The notes below the pieces were generated by a model, which worked only from the letters and a program-made list of their open reading frames with translations, did no database searches and had not been told where the DNA came from. The position numbers and the translations under genes are program-made. From the NCBI GenBank assembly GCA_963932905.1, contig CAWVRN010000024.1, positions 8,113 through 72,112 of the forward strand: a stretch of 64,000 bases of DNA. The letters run 5' to 3'. Numbering within the stretch: position 1 is the stretch's first letter; each line of letters starts with the position of its first letter. The DNA comes from an uncultured Bdellovibrio sp. Its GTDB lineage: Bacteria > Bdellovibrionota > Bdellovibrionia > Bdellovibrionales > Bdellovibrionaceae. Below are positions 27,630 to 37,730 of the stretch, piece after piece.

Positions 27630-30600
27630 TTATTGTTCGCGGAAAATATGTGTGCCTGGCGGCGCTACTTTCCAACCTTGCATTTGAATTAAGTTATTCA
27701 AATATTCTGGCGAATCGCTAGTAACCGACGCGTTATCTGGGTGCTTCCATTTTTGGGTTAGGTAGTACTTGAAACGGTTGTAATCTTGGTTGCCGCGGAT
27801 CATGATCGTGAAAGTTTTGTTTTTCTCGTCATTAGGATCCTGAATTTCATTTCCTGACTGGGGTTGTGTTACCCAATAATACTGTTCTTGGAAAGTAAAC
27901 GGTTGAGTGCTTTTCGCTGACTGACAGATCAGCATACCTTTCTGAGTTAAAGTCAGTTTTTCTTCAGCAGTAACACTCGATTTAAAGAACTGGCTGTAGT
28001 CGATTTCGCCATCCCATAGTTGCAAGAGCCATACTTTGCTGGAAGGCTGGAACAATCTTGAGTTTGGCTTGATGGAAACACAGTACTGGTAGTCCGCAGA
28101 CTTAATTTTGAACCGGCTTTCTGTTACTAACAAATTAGATCCTTCGCTTAAACCAATAGAGTTTGAGTCGGATTTAGATGTCGATCGACTAAAATCCAAA
28201 GACGAATAAAGTTCGGCACCGACGGATGCAAAGTTGCCAACCTTCACGCCGCCACCAGCTTTAGCACCAATACCCATCGAGTTGCTAAAGCTTTCGCTGT
28301 ACGATGTGCTTACCGAGAATGATGTGCCTAAACTGATGCCTTTTTCTGCGCCCGCACCAACATATTCAGAGCTAACGATCGATTTGATGAAGAAAACATG
28401 ATCGAAATCAAAGAATGCTTTGATGTTGCCGTTAGCGGCGCTATTGCATGCACGGCTTAAAAGCATTTCACCTAAATTTAATTTTCCTTTCCAGTAAGTA
28501 TTAAACCAGTATTTGCACAGTTGTTCCGAAGCTTTTTTGTCGAAATTAGATCTATGATTCGCTAACGAGCTGCGAAGAGCGTCGGCAAATGGTAAGTTTC
28601 CGATTTTAAGATCGTCTGCGTAGTCGAGTTTGTTTAACATCGCGTACACCTGTGGTGTCGCACGTTTCGTGTTCATGTCGATTGTCTTCTGACTCTTCGC
28701 TTTGAAGTCGGCTATCAATTTCGAGAAATCGAATTCAACGGTATTGTTAGCTGTTTCGATTTGAATGTGTTTAGTGTATTCAGAGCCAGAGTAAGATCTA
28801 AGTGTCTTGTGAGTTTCACCATTCATTACAATATCTTCAAAAAAGATAGGGTAAACTAAAGACGTCTCGTGGTTGATAATGTCTTCAATTTTCTCATTTG
28901 GATTCTTTAGTTTTAAACTGTAGTCTGTGTCCGCAATCACTTTATTATTCTTAATTGCTAAAAGCTGCAGGAATATTGTATTGCGAGTTAAGAACAAACG
29001 GTGATCAAGTAAGCGGAACGGGAATTCCGCGTAGACTTTACCTTGTCTGAGCATAACAGGAATATCTTCTTGGGCAATAACGACTGGTTTTTCTGCCATG
29101 TTTTTGTTTTTTGTTAACATGACTCTGAGTAAATAAGGACCATCAATCAAAGTCTCTAGATTGTTATCGAAGTCGTGTTTCAAATCACTTGGAACTTTGA
29201 CCCGTGGGTGAATTTCAATACCCAATTTCTTAGGGGCACTGAATTCTAGCAGTGAATTGATAGCGTTGTTGTAATCCATCACATGTGTTTTGATACTAAG
29301 GTCTTCTAAAACCACTTCAGAACGCTTTGGATTTTCAGTGTCACATGATGTACTCATAACCTGCGGTTTATCGATTTCGGATTCGTCTTTTCCGCCGAAA
29401 TACTCATCCCAAGGATTGATATAGTAGTAACGTTTGATTTTCAGATTATAATCTGGGTTTTCGATAACTACATAGCCTTTAAAGTATTTTCGACATGCGT
29501 AGATGTCATATTCAATCTCGTCCGTCCAGTAGACGCATCCGTTGGTGTTACTAATAGTTAATTTTTTCTCTTCACCAGGAACGTTTTCATTGGTGCTGAA
29601 CCCACGAACTTTAAAGTTTTGGAATGCCAATGGGCCACCTAGTAAATTGTTGTTAAAACATATATGAACTGGGTAGGTTACCGTGCGTTTGTGGTTTAAT
29701 TGCTGGATACCTTTAACTGGAGACGAAATTTCAAGCATACCCCAAGCAATTGTTGAGTCGGCTTTTCCTGATCGACCAGCCGATGTCTTTTCATCAACTT
29801 CATCATCCGTTTTGGCACCTTTAACATCTGACATATAAGTTTTGTTTACAGGCAACTGAGTTTCAATTTCCTTTATAGAGGCATCGCTGGGTGAGATTTT
29901 AAGGAATGTTGTCGCACGAATGTTTCTGAAATCACCTATTGGGAATACCCCTACGAATGATTTAAGATTCGGGACCGATTTGCTCGGCTCTATATAAAGA
30001 CGTAAGAATAAACTACCACGAGACGGTGGGCCACCTTTAAATGTTAGTATTTTCGTAAACGATAAAATACCTTTTTTCATCTGTTCATCTTTGAAATTGC
30101 CGCTAGCTAACACTTCATATGTATTTTTTTCGATTTCGCCGCCAACAAAATAACGATGTATGATTTCAATTCTGCCAGAGAAAATACCATATTTTAACGA
30201 GTAGGTAGAATCATCGCCGCTTGTTTTTTTGGTTTTGATAACTGGATTTACGTTGAAATCATAACGTAATTGGTAACGATTTTTCTCAACATCACCCATT
30301 TTTTCGTCGTTTACGAACATGCGACCGTCTTCTACCCAGAGATCGTAGCCTTGTTTTTGTGACTTGCCGGAAAGCTTTGCAGCTACAGCATCGGCATCCA
30401 CTAGTGGTTCTACTTTAGTTTTCGATAAATCGATCGCGTTGTGATAATTTTCCGTATCCCATGGATTGATGGCGTACGATACTTTGTAAGAGCCAGTGTG
30501 CAATCCTGCCGATTTAATTTTTCTTTCGTATTTAATAAATACGGGATCTGTTAAATACTCGAATGCTATTTTTTCGTTCCAAGATAAACACCCAGATGCA

Positions 30601-30887
30601 TCTGTTTTTATTTCTTGATTTAGTTCTTCGATTAAAAATGGATGATTAAGCACAGGTTTGCTGTGGCGCAAATCACGAATACACGCTTTCATCACATAGA
30701 CACGCTCTTTCGGTAGAGAGATACTTTCGTGCAATGATTCGCTAACTAATCCACCGGTTACTTCATCAGCATAAAATGAACCTTGAGCATCGCCACCATC
30801 CGTGCGCTTCTGCGTGTCGGGCAAATTACACCCGGCCAAGAATAAGATAGATGCTAGTGATAGAAAAGCTATCTTAAAGAGCGACAT
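27630..30887 (-). CDS. Large lipoprotein with an internal duplication and a Ser/Thr-rich beta-hairpin segment
   Basis: Lipobox LAGC; two repeats of C...GC.W.E.I...INPWD; start overlaps the upstream beta-barrel gene. Confidence 0.8.
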   Translation of the reverse strand: MSLFKIAFLSLASILFLAGCNLPDTQKRTDGGDAQGSFYADEVTGGLVSESLHESISLPKERVYVMKACIRDLRHSKPVLNHPFLIEELNQEIKTDASGCLSWNEKIAFEYLTDPVFIKYERKIKSAGLHTGSYKVSYAINPWDTENYHNAIDLSKTKVEPLVDADAVAAKLSGKSQKQGYDLWVEDGRMFVNDEKMGDVEKNRYQLRYDFNVNPVIKTKKTSGDDSTYSLKYGIFSGRIEIIHRYFVGGEIEKNTYEVLASGNFKDEQMKKGILSFTKILTFKGGPPSRGSLFLRLYIEPSKSVPNLKSFVGVFPIGDFRNIRATTFLKISPSDASIKEIETQLPVNKTYMSDVKGAKTDDEVDEKTSAGRSGKADSTIAWGMLEISSPVKGIQQLNHKRTVTYPVHICFNNNLLGGPLAFQNFKVRGFSTNENVPGEEKKLTISNTNGCVYWTDEIEYDIYACRKYFKGYVVIENPDYNLKIKRYYYINPWDEYFGGKDESEIDKPQVMSTSCDTENPKRSEVVLEDLSIKTHVMDYNNAINSLLEFSAPKKLGIEIHPRVKVPSDLKHDFDNNLETLIDGPYLLRVMLTKNKNMAEKPVVIAQEDIPVMLRQGKVYAEFPFRLLDHRLFLTRNTIFLQLLAIKNNKVIADTDYSLKLKNPNEKIEDIINHETSLVYPIFFEDIVMNGETHKTLRSYSGSEYTKHIQIETANNTVEFDFSKLIADFKAKSQKTIDMNTKRATPQVYAMLNKLDYADDLKIGNLPFADALRSSLANHRSNFDKKASEQLCKYWFNTYWKGKLNLGEMLLSRACNSAANGNIKAFFDFDHVFFIKSIVSSEYVGAGAEKGISLGTSFSVSTSYSESFSNSMGIGAKAGGGVKVGNFASVGAELYSSLDFSRSTSKSDSNSIGLSEGSNLLVTESRFKIKSADYQYCVSIKPNSRLFQPSSKVWLLQLWDGEIDYSQFFKSSVTAEEKLTLTQKGMLICQSAKSTQPFTFQEQYYWVTQPQSGNEIQDPNDEKNKTFTIMIRGNQDYNRFKYYLTQKWKHPDNASVTSDSPEYLNNLIQMQGWKVAPPGTHIFREQ

Positions 30888-32061
30888 TCAAAACCTCGAA
30901 GCGTAAGAAATACATTTTTTCATCAGATTGTGCTGGATTTTCAACTATGAGTTTTGCGTCACTGAAATAGAACGTGACTCGAAAGTTTTGTTTCACATTT
31001 TTCCATGAAGCTATGAATTCATAACCCATATGATTAGTCGCAAAATAGTCTGTGTTCGAGTATGCGCCTACGGTCGCATCGGATTCTATTCTATATGTAT
31101 AACCAGATAATTCGATATCGTGATTTCCAAGTAATGTGTAGCCGCCGCCGCCGCCAGCTCGATAAGCTTGGTTTACTCCTTTTGGTGCACCTTGGTTTTC
31201 TAAGAGCGAACCCGCACCTAATAAGTAAGCGGCTTTGTAGATTCGTCTTTTAAAAGACAGATCTGAATCTAAACCTTGATATTCGTATTTAAAAGCGCGT
31301 TCTGTATCGGAAATACGTGTGTCCGCCGACGTGTTACCCGCGACTACACTAGCTGTCGATACACTTGTGGGTAACTGTGAAAATTTGAAATAGTTGGCTT
31401 TAGCTTGGACGATGTTTTTATCGCCAGTTTCCCATGTCGATGTTAAACCCACCGAGTTTAACATCGGCGAAGATTCCTTTTCATTTTGATCAGAAATTGC
31501 AGAGCGAGAATTAGGAATTACAGTTTGTCCTTGAACACCAAATGTCCATGGACCGTTAGAAATACTTTGTTTAGCTTGGCCGCCCATAAATGCCATTTGG
31601 TCATCCACAAGTAACATCGAGAAAATTTCGTATTGATCGAAAATACCAGCCGCTACGTAGCTTTCCTTCATCCATTGGTAATAAGCCGCCGCGTGCTGGA
31701 TGCTTAATCGATTATCTAGTGATTCAGCTCCATCTACACTTTGGACGTGGCCAGAATGTAAACGTGCGATAGGATTCAGTTTCAAATAGATCGATGTGTT
31801 TACGTAGTATTTTAAGAAGTAGTTTAATTTTAGCTGAAGGACGTCCATCTTCGCGAACTGACTTTCATAGCTGGTCGCGCGCAAACCTAGGCGTAAGCTA
31901 GATTCGTTGGATGGAGTACCTAGGTAGCCTGATGGCGTATTCGCAGCTGTTGTAGTATTCATTTTTGACAAAGGTTCTTTGCGAGTTTTGCGTGTAGAAT
32001 CAAAACCCCAAGTTACAGAGAATAGAAACAATACAGAGACTGCGAACCAATAGTTTCTCAT
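30874..32061 (-). CDS. Putative outer membrane beta-barrel (porin-like)
   Basis: Signal peptide, alternating aromatic/hydrophobic strands, YFATNHMGYE motif, last strand MYFLRFEV. Confidence 0.65.
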   Translation of the reverse strand: MRNYWFAVSVLFLFSVTWGFDSTRKTRKEPLSKMNTTTAANTPSGYLGTPSNESSLRLGLRATSYESQFAKMDVLQLKLNYFLKYYVNTSIYLKLNPIARLHSGHVQSVDGAESLDNRLSIQHAAAYYQWMKESYVAAGIFDQYEIFSMLLVDDQMAFMGGQAKQSISNGPWTFGVQGQTVIPNSRSAISDQNEKESSPMLNSVGLTSTWETGDKNIVQAKANYFKFSQLPTSVSTASVVAGNTSADTRISDTERAFKYEYQGLDSDLSFKRRIYKAAYLLGAGSLLENQGAPKGVNQAYRAGGGGGYTLLGNHDIELSGYTYRIESDATVGAYSNTDYFATNHMGYEFIASWKNVKQNFRVTFYFSDAKLIVENPAQSDEKMYFLRFEVLNVAL

Positions 32062-32074
32062 ATTGGACTAAATG

Positions 32075-32090
32075 TGCAAAGACAGGGCCT
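32075..32090 (-). promoter_or_regulatory. Putative sigma54 promoter for the beta-barrel/lipoprotein operon
   Basis: Minus strand AGGCCCTGTCTTTGCA has GG-N10-GC with TTGC; predicted +1 about 3 nt before the ATG. Confidence 0.55.
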
Positions 32091-32183
32091 TTTATGCGAA
32101 TTGTAGCGGCATACAGCCACCTATATGGCCTATTTTCCTTGCCAGTGACAATTTAGGTAAGCATTTTGAAAATTTTTGACATG

Positions 32184-32236
32184 GGTGCCAGCCTACTTTT
32201 CCGGACGCGCCGCTTACGGAAAAGTAGGCTGGCACC
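32184..32236. repeat. Perfect 20-bp inverted repeat, REP/REPIN-like
   Basis: GGTGCCAGCCTACTTTTCCG, 13-nt loop, CGGAAAAGTAGGCTGGCACC; contains GTAG. Confidence 0.75.
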
Positions 32237-32259
32237 TTAATTCGTCTCAGATTGAGACG

Positions 32260-33555
32260 CTAATTGGGAAATTGAATTTCTGCTAATGTGCGATCGGTTG
32301 AGTTTTGATGGTTAAGCATGAGTTTTGTTAGGGAATCCGTTAGCTGTGTCCGTTCACTATCAGTGATATTCGAGTGAAGCTCTAACAATTGTTCTAGCTC
32401 GGTGGTGTTTTGAATCGGTTGAACCCAATTACTTTTGTGATTTGGAATTGTGATATGGCTAAACTCGATCGCTTCGCGGTTGTTTGTGTGGAAAGGCCCG
32501 ACACAGACGGGTTTGAAGAAACTCAATGGTTCCATCACGGAATGAACTTTAGCTTTGAAGGAGCCGCCGACAAACGCGAGTTGGGCCCATGCATAGAGGT
32601 GAAATAAATATCCATATTGATCGACAATTAAAACATCCCAAGGTGGCGAGTCGGATTGTTTAGTGTCTCGGAGTTTAGAAAAACGAACAGATTTAAGTTT
32701 GTTCGTCAGGCAAAACTTCTCAAGTCTGACCAAAGTTTCCTCGTGCACTTCATGCGGGGCAATTACTAAACTCCATGTTGTGTTCAATTTGGCGAAAGCG
32801 GGCAACAAAACGGCTTCATCTTCTGTCCAAGTGGACCCCGCCACGAAAACTTTTTTTGTCGATAAAAGTTTTGGTAAATCTTTTTTTGTGTTTTGCTTTT
32901 TGAAGAAGACTTGATCATAGCGAGTATCGCCCGTTACGTATATGGGAACACTCACATTTATAAAATCGAAATTTTTTTTGTCATCCTCGGATACGGTTAA
33001 AATCTTGTTTAGGTTGTTCAGTGCCGTGCGAGTCAGCGCCGTTAGAAACTGGCCTTTTTTGGCGCTGGATTCTGAATAGGTGGCAGAGAATAAATAAGTG
33101 GGCGTGCCTCGTTGTTTCAATTGAAGGCTGATTTCGGGCCAAACGTCCGTTCGTGCAAAAAGAAATAGTTTGAAATTAAACTTTTTCAAAAATCGGGTGA
33201 CTAACCAAGGCAAGTCAATAGGTGCTGGTCCCACAGCGTCGACATCAGGCTGATTTATGACCGCTTTCAATACAGAGCTAGAAGAGAGCGTCACAACAAT
33301 ATTGTGTCCTGGATAACGTTCTTTGATTTTTCGAATGATCGGGTAGGCGTATTCAATTTCTCCACTGGCCGCGTGTATCCCGATCGAGCGACGATCGGGA
33401 TTGAATGTCGAACGATAGTGAAATTCATTTTTTAAACGAAAACGAATGCCTTCGAAAATTTTGCCATTGAAATTAAGCGGAGCCAACAGGCGCGCTAATC
33501 CATAGACCAACGGAAGAACGAAAAAACGGTAAAGATTGAAAACTATCGAGTCCAT
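32260..33555 (-). CDS. waaA: 3-deoxy-D-manno-octulosonic acid (Kdo) transferase
   Basis: IHAASGE, TDVWP, TGDTRYD, AGSTW, APH, AFVGGSF...HSVMEP; start set to ATG 33555 overlapping the upstream stop. Confidence 0.92.
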   Translation of the reverse strand: MDSIVFNLYRFFVLPLVYGLARLLAPLNFNGKIFEGIRFRLKNEFHYRSTFNPDRRSIGIHAASGEIEYAYPIIRKIKERYPGHNIVVTLSSSSVLKAVINQPDVDAVGPAPIDLPWLVTRFLKKFNFKLFLFARTDVWPEISLQLKQRGTPTYLFSATYSESSAKKGQFLTALTRTALNNLNKILTVSEDDKKNFDFINVSVPIYVTGDTRYDQVFFKKQNTKKDLPKLLSTKKVFVAGSTWTEDEAVLLPAFAKLNTTWSLVIAPHEVHEETLVRLEKFCLTNKLKSVRFSKLRDTKQSDSPPWDVLIVDQYGYLFHLYAWAQLAFVGGSFKAKVHSVMEPLSFFKPVCVGPFHTNNREAIEFSHITIPNHKSNWVQPIQNTTELEQLLELHSNITDSERTQLTDSLTKLMLNHQNSTDRTLAEIQFPN

Positions 33556-34553
33556 TTTAACAATTCGTTCGCAACAGTGGATGGTTTGATGTCGACAAGG
33601 CATTGATGGTGAATAGGATTTACACACGGACCCTGTCCATGTTTACTGCAGGGACGACATGCTAACGGCAGTTCCATTTTTAACGTCGACGGTCGACTTG
33701 GAAAACCAAACGGCGCCGGGCCTAGCAATGCGAGACAAGGGTGCCCCAACTGTTCAGCAATATGCATAAGCCCGGTGTCGTTGCTGACTAGAGCTTTTGA
33801 TTTTTTTATGATGGCGGCGTTAGTTTTGTAATCTAAGGCTCCGGCTAAATTTAAGCAGCGGCCTGGGGCTACGGCTTGGATGTCTTTTAGGAATTGATCT
33901 TCGGGGCCACCCAGCAACACAAAGTCAAAATCAGGTAGAAGCTGAATAAGATCTTTCCAATAATCTTTTGGCCAGCGTTTTAAAAAATAAGCGGCCGATG
34001 GTGCCAACGTAAAAAAAGGGCGTTTTAAGGCGCTGATTTTATCTAGAGCTTTGGTTTCCGACGAAGACTCCAGAAAGATTTGTGGTGCAGGTGGTAAGGA
34101 TTTGTCAATGCCCCAAGGCTCAAGTGGTTCAATGAGGTCACGTTGCCCTGAAAATGGCATCTGGAATTTGTTGATTCTGAACTTAAATAAAAGGAAGCGT
34201 TTCCAGCGGTAAATGGGGCGCCTTATTTTGTGATTAAACTTTAGGAACGTCGACAGAGTGTAAATAATAAACGATCGCAAGTTGTTATGAGCATCGTACA
34301 CATGAGTGAAGTTTTGTTGTCTTAATTTCCAAGCTAGTTTTAAGAGTTCCAAAAAGCCTTTTTTGCGGTTAAAAAGCCAAATGCGATCAATGTGCGGGTG
34401 ATTTTCAAGTAGTGACTTATAGTCCTCGCGGGTAACCCAGTGGACGTCTGCGTCCTTGAAGTGATCTTTTAGTTTTGTCGGTAAACTCAGTGCCTGAGTG
34501 ACATCGCCAAAGCTAGAAAATCGTATGAGCAACACTTTAGTTTTTGATTGCAT
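33543..34553 (-). CDS. GT9 glycosyltransferase
   Basis: IRFSSFGDV, KRWP, SNDTGLMHIA, CRPC cluster; start set to ATG 34553. Confidence 0.92.
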   Translation of the reverse strand: MQSKTKVLLIRFSSFGDVTQALSLPTKLKDHFKDADVHWVTREDYKSLLENHPHIDRIWLFNRKKGFLELLKLAWKLRQQNFTHVYDAHNNLRSFIIYTLSTFLKFNHKIRRPIYRWKRFLLFKFRINKFQMPFSGQRDLIEPLEPWGIDKSLPPAPQIFLESSSETKALDKISALKRPFFTLAPSAAYFLKRWPKDYWKDLIQLLPDFDFVLLGGPEDQFLKDIQAVAPGRCLNLAGALDYKTNAAIIKKSKALVSNDTGLMHIAEQLGHPCLALLGPAPFGFPSRPSTLKMELPLACRPCSKHGQGPCVNPIHHQCLVDIKPSTVANELLKWTR

Positions 34554-34581
34554 GTTGTCTACTTTACTCAGATATTGGAAA

Positions 34582-35718
34582 ATGTACATGAATTATTTAT
34601 TATGGGTTTCGTTTTTCAGCTTATTTATCCTAGGATTTGGAGACAATATACGTGGCCCGCTGTTCCCTGAAATTATTCAAAGTTTTGATCTGACTGATTC
34701 TTTAGCAGCTTGGTATTTTGCCCTTTCTTCATTCATGTCATTTGTCGGCAGTTATGTGGTTCGTAAATACAAGTCGGTTTCCCAGTTGTTGAAATTATTG
34801 TATCTGGGCATTTTGTGTATCTTTACCAGTTTTGCCATTCAGCGATTTGCTACCAGTTATACCGTCGTTTTGTGCGGCGTTGTGTTTTTTGGTTTGAGTG
34901 TCGGTTTTTTAGGGGTCGCTCAGAATAATTTAGTTATTATCGGCACGAGTCCTAAAAATAGGTCGCGCATGTTGTCCTATCTGCATAGCATGTATGGAAC
35001 AGCATCATTGCTGGCACCACTTTTTGTGGCTTGGCTTTCAAATCATCGCTGGCAGCAGATACTATTTTCTTTTTCTTGGGTGGCGCTGCTATTTAGCGTG
35101 GTTGGGTTTTATTATAACTCAAAAAAAGCCGAACGCATCCAGCACTTTTCGCAATTTCAAGAGGCCGAAACACATGGCCTTGGTAGTTGGTCTGAGCTTA
35201 AGATCTCTTTTGCTATTTCATTTTATGTTTTGGCTGAAATTGTAATGGGCACTCGACTGGCGTTATTCATGCGTCGTTATTATAACTATGATCTTTCTAC
35301 ATCAAGTTTATATGTGACTTTGTTTTTTGTATTTATGCTGCTGGGGCGGGTGGCGATTTCGTTTGTTCCACATCATTTTAATATTAAAAAACAACTGATG
35401 ATGTCACTAACGGCGGCTTTCATTTTTATTTTGTTGGGACTGTATGTGCATCCATTTGCTTTGACATTGGCTGGCTTGGGGTTGGCGCCATTTTATCCAT
35501 TGAGTCTGTCCTACGTTTCGCAATTGTATCCACATAAATCAACGACCATCGTTTCGTGGACTTTGATTATTCAAGGTTTTTCTATTGTGCTTATGCACTT
35601 GGGGGTTGGGAAACTGGCAGACCTTGTGGGATTAAAGTCAGCCATGTTGATAGGGCCGGTATGCTGTCTTTTAAGTTTTACAATTTTACTTTTTATTCGG
35701 GAGAGCAAGAATGCCTAA
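34582..35718 (+). CDS. MFS transporter (FucP/TsgA-like)
   Basis: About 12 hydrophobic segments, HSMYGTAS, MLLGR, GKLAD; start 34582 or 34588. Confidence 0.85.
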   Translation: MYMNYLLWVSFFSLFILGFGDNIRGPLFPEIIQSFDLTDSLAAWYFALSSFMSFVGSYVVRKYKSVSQLLKLLYLGILCIFTSFAIQRFATSYTVVLCGVVFFGLSVGFLGVAQNNLVIIGTSPKNRSRMLSYLHSMYGTASLLAPLFVAWLSNHRWQQILFSFSWVALLFSVVGFYYNSKKAERIQHFSQFQEAETHGLGSWSELKISFAISFYVLAEIVMGTRLALFMRRYYNYDLSTSSLYVTLFFVFMLLGRVAISFVPHHFNIKKQLMMSLTAAFIFILLGLYVHPFALTLAGLGLAPFYPLSLSYVSQLYPHKSTTIVSWTLIIQGFSIVLMHLGVGKLADLVGLKSAMLIGPVCCLLSFTILLFIRESKNA

Positions 35719-36823
35719 ATTTTTCGCCGTCACGGCGCCTGGTTTTGAAGACGGTTTGGAATCAGAAATTAAGAACTTTCATTCTTTGTTTGGTTTTGAT
35801 GACGGCTTAAAGATCGTTTCCTCACAGCGAGGTGGTGTTGAGTTTGAATCCGGCGTGAACGAATCTGTTTATTTTAATAATTATTCAAAATTGGCGACAC
35901 GGTTGTTAATTCGATGGGATGAATTTCACTGTGTTTTTTTTAGTGATTTGGAAAAAAAACTAAAACAACGCTCGCTGGCTAAGTGGTTTAAAAATAAATC
36001 TCGTATTTTTGTAAAGGTGAACTCTAAGAAATCAAAGCTGGGTCAAGAGAAAAAAATATTTGAAGTGTTTCAACGCGTATACACGGATTTTGACTTGATT
36101 CCTAAAGCCAGCGAGGCCGAAGAAGACGATTTTACTTTGTTTGTCGATTTTTACGAAGACATGTGCACATTGAGTATAGATACTTCTGGTGCGGCTTTGT
36201 ACAAACGTTCAATGGATAAAAAAGTCTCGTTCGGATCTATGCGTGAGACAATCGCCAGCTGGGCATTACTGAAAATGACGATGGCCGATTCGCCTTGGAA
36301 AGAGCCAACCGTATTGATCGATCCATTTGCTGGTTCAGGTACGTTACTTCTTGAAAGTCAAAATGTTGGGGTGAATCGTCAGCGCGAATACACGTATCAG
36401 AAACTAAAATCTTTCGACGATCTAAAGCCATTGAATGAAAACAAAATTAATTTTGCCAAGCCACCCTTTGTGGAATTGGTCGGAATCGAAGCGGACGAAG
36501 AAACATTTGAAATCCTGAAATCAAATTTGCAATCACTATCAAAAAAGGCTAAAGTTTCGTTGAATCATCAAAAAAATGAGAATTATCAAAAGGCTCATGA
36601 CCAGAGAGTTTGGTTGTTTTCAAATTTACCCTATGGAAAGCAAGTTAAGTCAGACACATTAAAAACCATGTTTGCGTCGATGAAATCTGTTTTTAAACCC
36701 CAACTGATCGCGGTTTTTCACCCAGAACCGTTAAAAGATAGAGAAGCGCTGACCGCGCTTCATTTTCCTGTCGTAAATGGTGGTTTGAAAGTCACCCTAT
36801 CGATTCTTACCTACAAGCGATAA
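35711..36823 (+). CDS. THUMP-domain RNA methyltransferase, RlmL-like
   Basis: PGFEDGL, SIDTSG..LYKR, MRETIA, IDPFAGSGTLLLE, SNLPYG. Confidence 0.82.
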   Translation: MPKFFAVTAPGFEDGLESEIKNFHSLFGFDDGLKIVSSQRGGVEFESGVNESVYFNNYSKLATRLLIRWDEFHCVFFSDLEKKLKQRSLAKWFKNKSRIFVKVNSKKSKLGQEKKIFEVFQRVYTDFDLIPKASEAEEDDFTLFVDFYEDMCTLSIDTSGAALYKRSMDKKVSFGSMRETIASWALLKMTMADSPWKEPTVLIDPFAGSGTLLLESQNVGVNRQREYTYQKLKSFDDLKPLNENKINFAKPPFVELVGIEADEETFEILKSNLQSLSKKAKVSLNHQKNENYQKAHDQRVWLFSNLPYGKQVKSDTLKTMFASMKSVFKPQLIAVFHPEPLKDREALTALHFPVVNGGLKVTLSILTYKR

Positions 36824-36834
36824 GGGTACTGAAA

Positions 36835-37497
36835 CTATTTACACTCGCTAGCTGATTCGCGAACTAGTTTTTCTTTTGTATCTGGAATTTCTCGAGTGAA
36901 AGAAAACTTCCCTGAAATTTTTGCGTTCTCTTTTTTAGGTTCATCAAATAATCGGCATGTGATGGTTTCTATTCGAGTCGGAACCTCTTTTGAAATTTTG
37001 ACTTCTTTTTTGCCGATGCAAACACCGGTATCCGCGAGTTTGAATTTCTTGTCGGCACCTAGAACATAAGCCTTGCAGTCTTTAGTTTTTACACAGGCTA
37101 CACTGCCGGTTTCCATAGAAAGAGCTGATTCATTTTTAATTGATGTTTCAGTCATACAGATGATGCTTAGGTCTTGAAGGTTTATTTTTTTTTCGCCAAT
37201 CAATCCCAACGTAGTCAAATTTGTTGATGTTAAGTTGTCGCGTTGAGCAACTTCGAAAATAGCCTCTTGATTGTCGCTTTTTATTCGCACCTGGTACAAG
37301 TTTTTTAATACGAGTTTATCTAAGGCGGTCGGTGCAGAAACAGAAATCTCTAGTTTAGAGTCATCTTTTATTTCAAACTCTTTGTTTTCGGTGTCTTTAA
37401 GAACGAGTTTGCCTTTGATCGGTTCTTCCACTTTAAATTGTGCAAATAAGCTAGAACCAATTACCGTAGCTAAAACAAAAGTTTTCCAATTCATCAT
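36835..37497 (-). CDS. Exported hypothetical protein
   Basis: GAGG RBS, signal peptide, six cysteines. Confidence 0.7.
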   Translation of the reverse strand: MMNWKTFVLATVIGSSLFAQFKVEEPIKGKLVLKDTENKEFEIKDDSKLEISVSAPTALDKLVLKNLYQVRIKSDNQEAIFEVAQRDNLTSTNLTTLGLIGEKKINLQDLSIICMTETSIKNESALSMETGSVACVKTKDCKAYVLGADKKFKLADTGVCIGKKEVKISKEVPTRIETITCRLFDEPKKENAKISGKFSFTREIPDTKEKLVRESASECK

Positions 37498-37730
37498 AGA
37501 ATCCTCACAATCAATAGATTACGATTTATTACATTACAAATTGAGGACCAGATATTCTCTAGCTAGCGGCAAATATAGTGGGTTTGATGAATAGGGGAGC
37601 TGTAAAATTGTTAGACAGGTGTAACGGAGGACTTATTTCACGACTCTGCTGTTTAAAATCTGACAGTTTAAGGCAGTGGTCCTTTGTGGTAGCGTCTTTA
37701 AAATTCAAATAATGTATTTAGGAGTCATAG

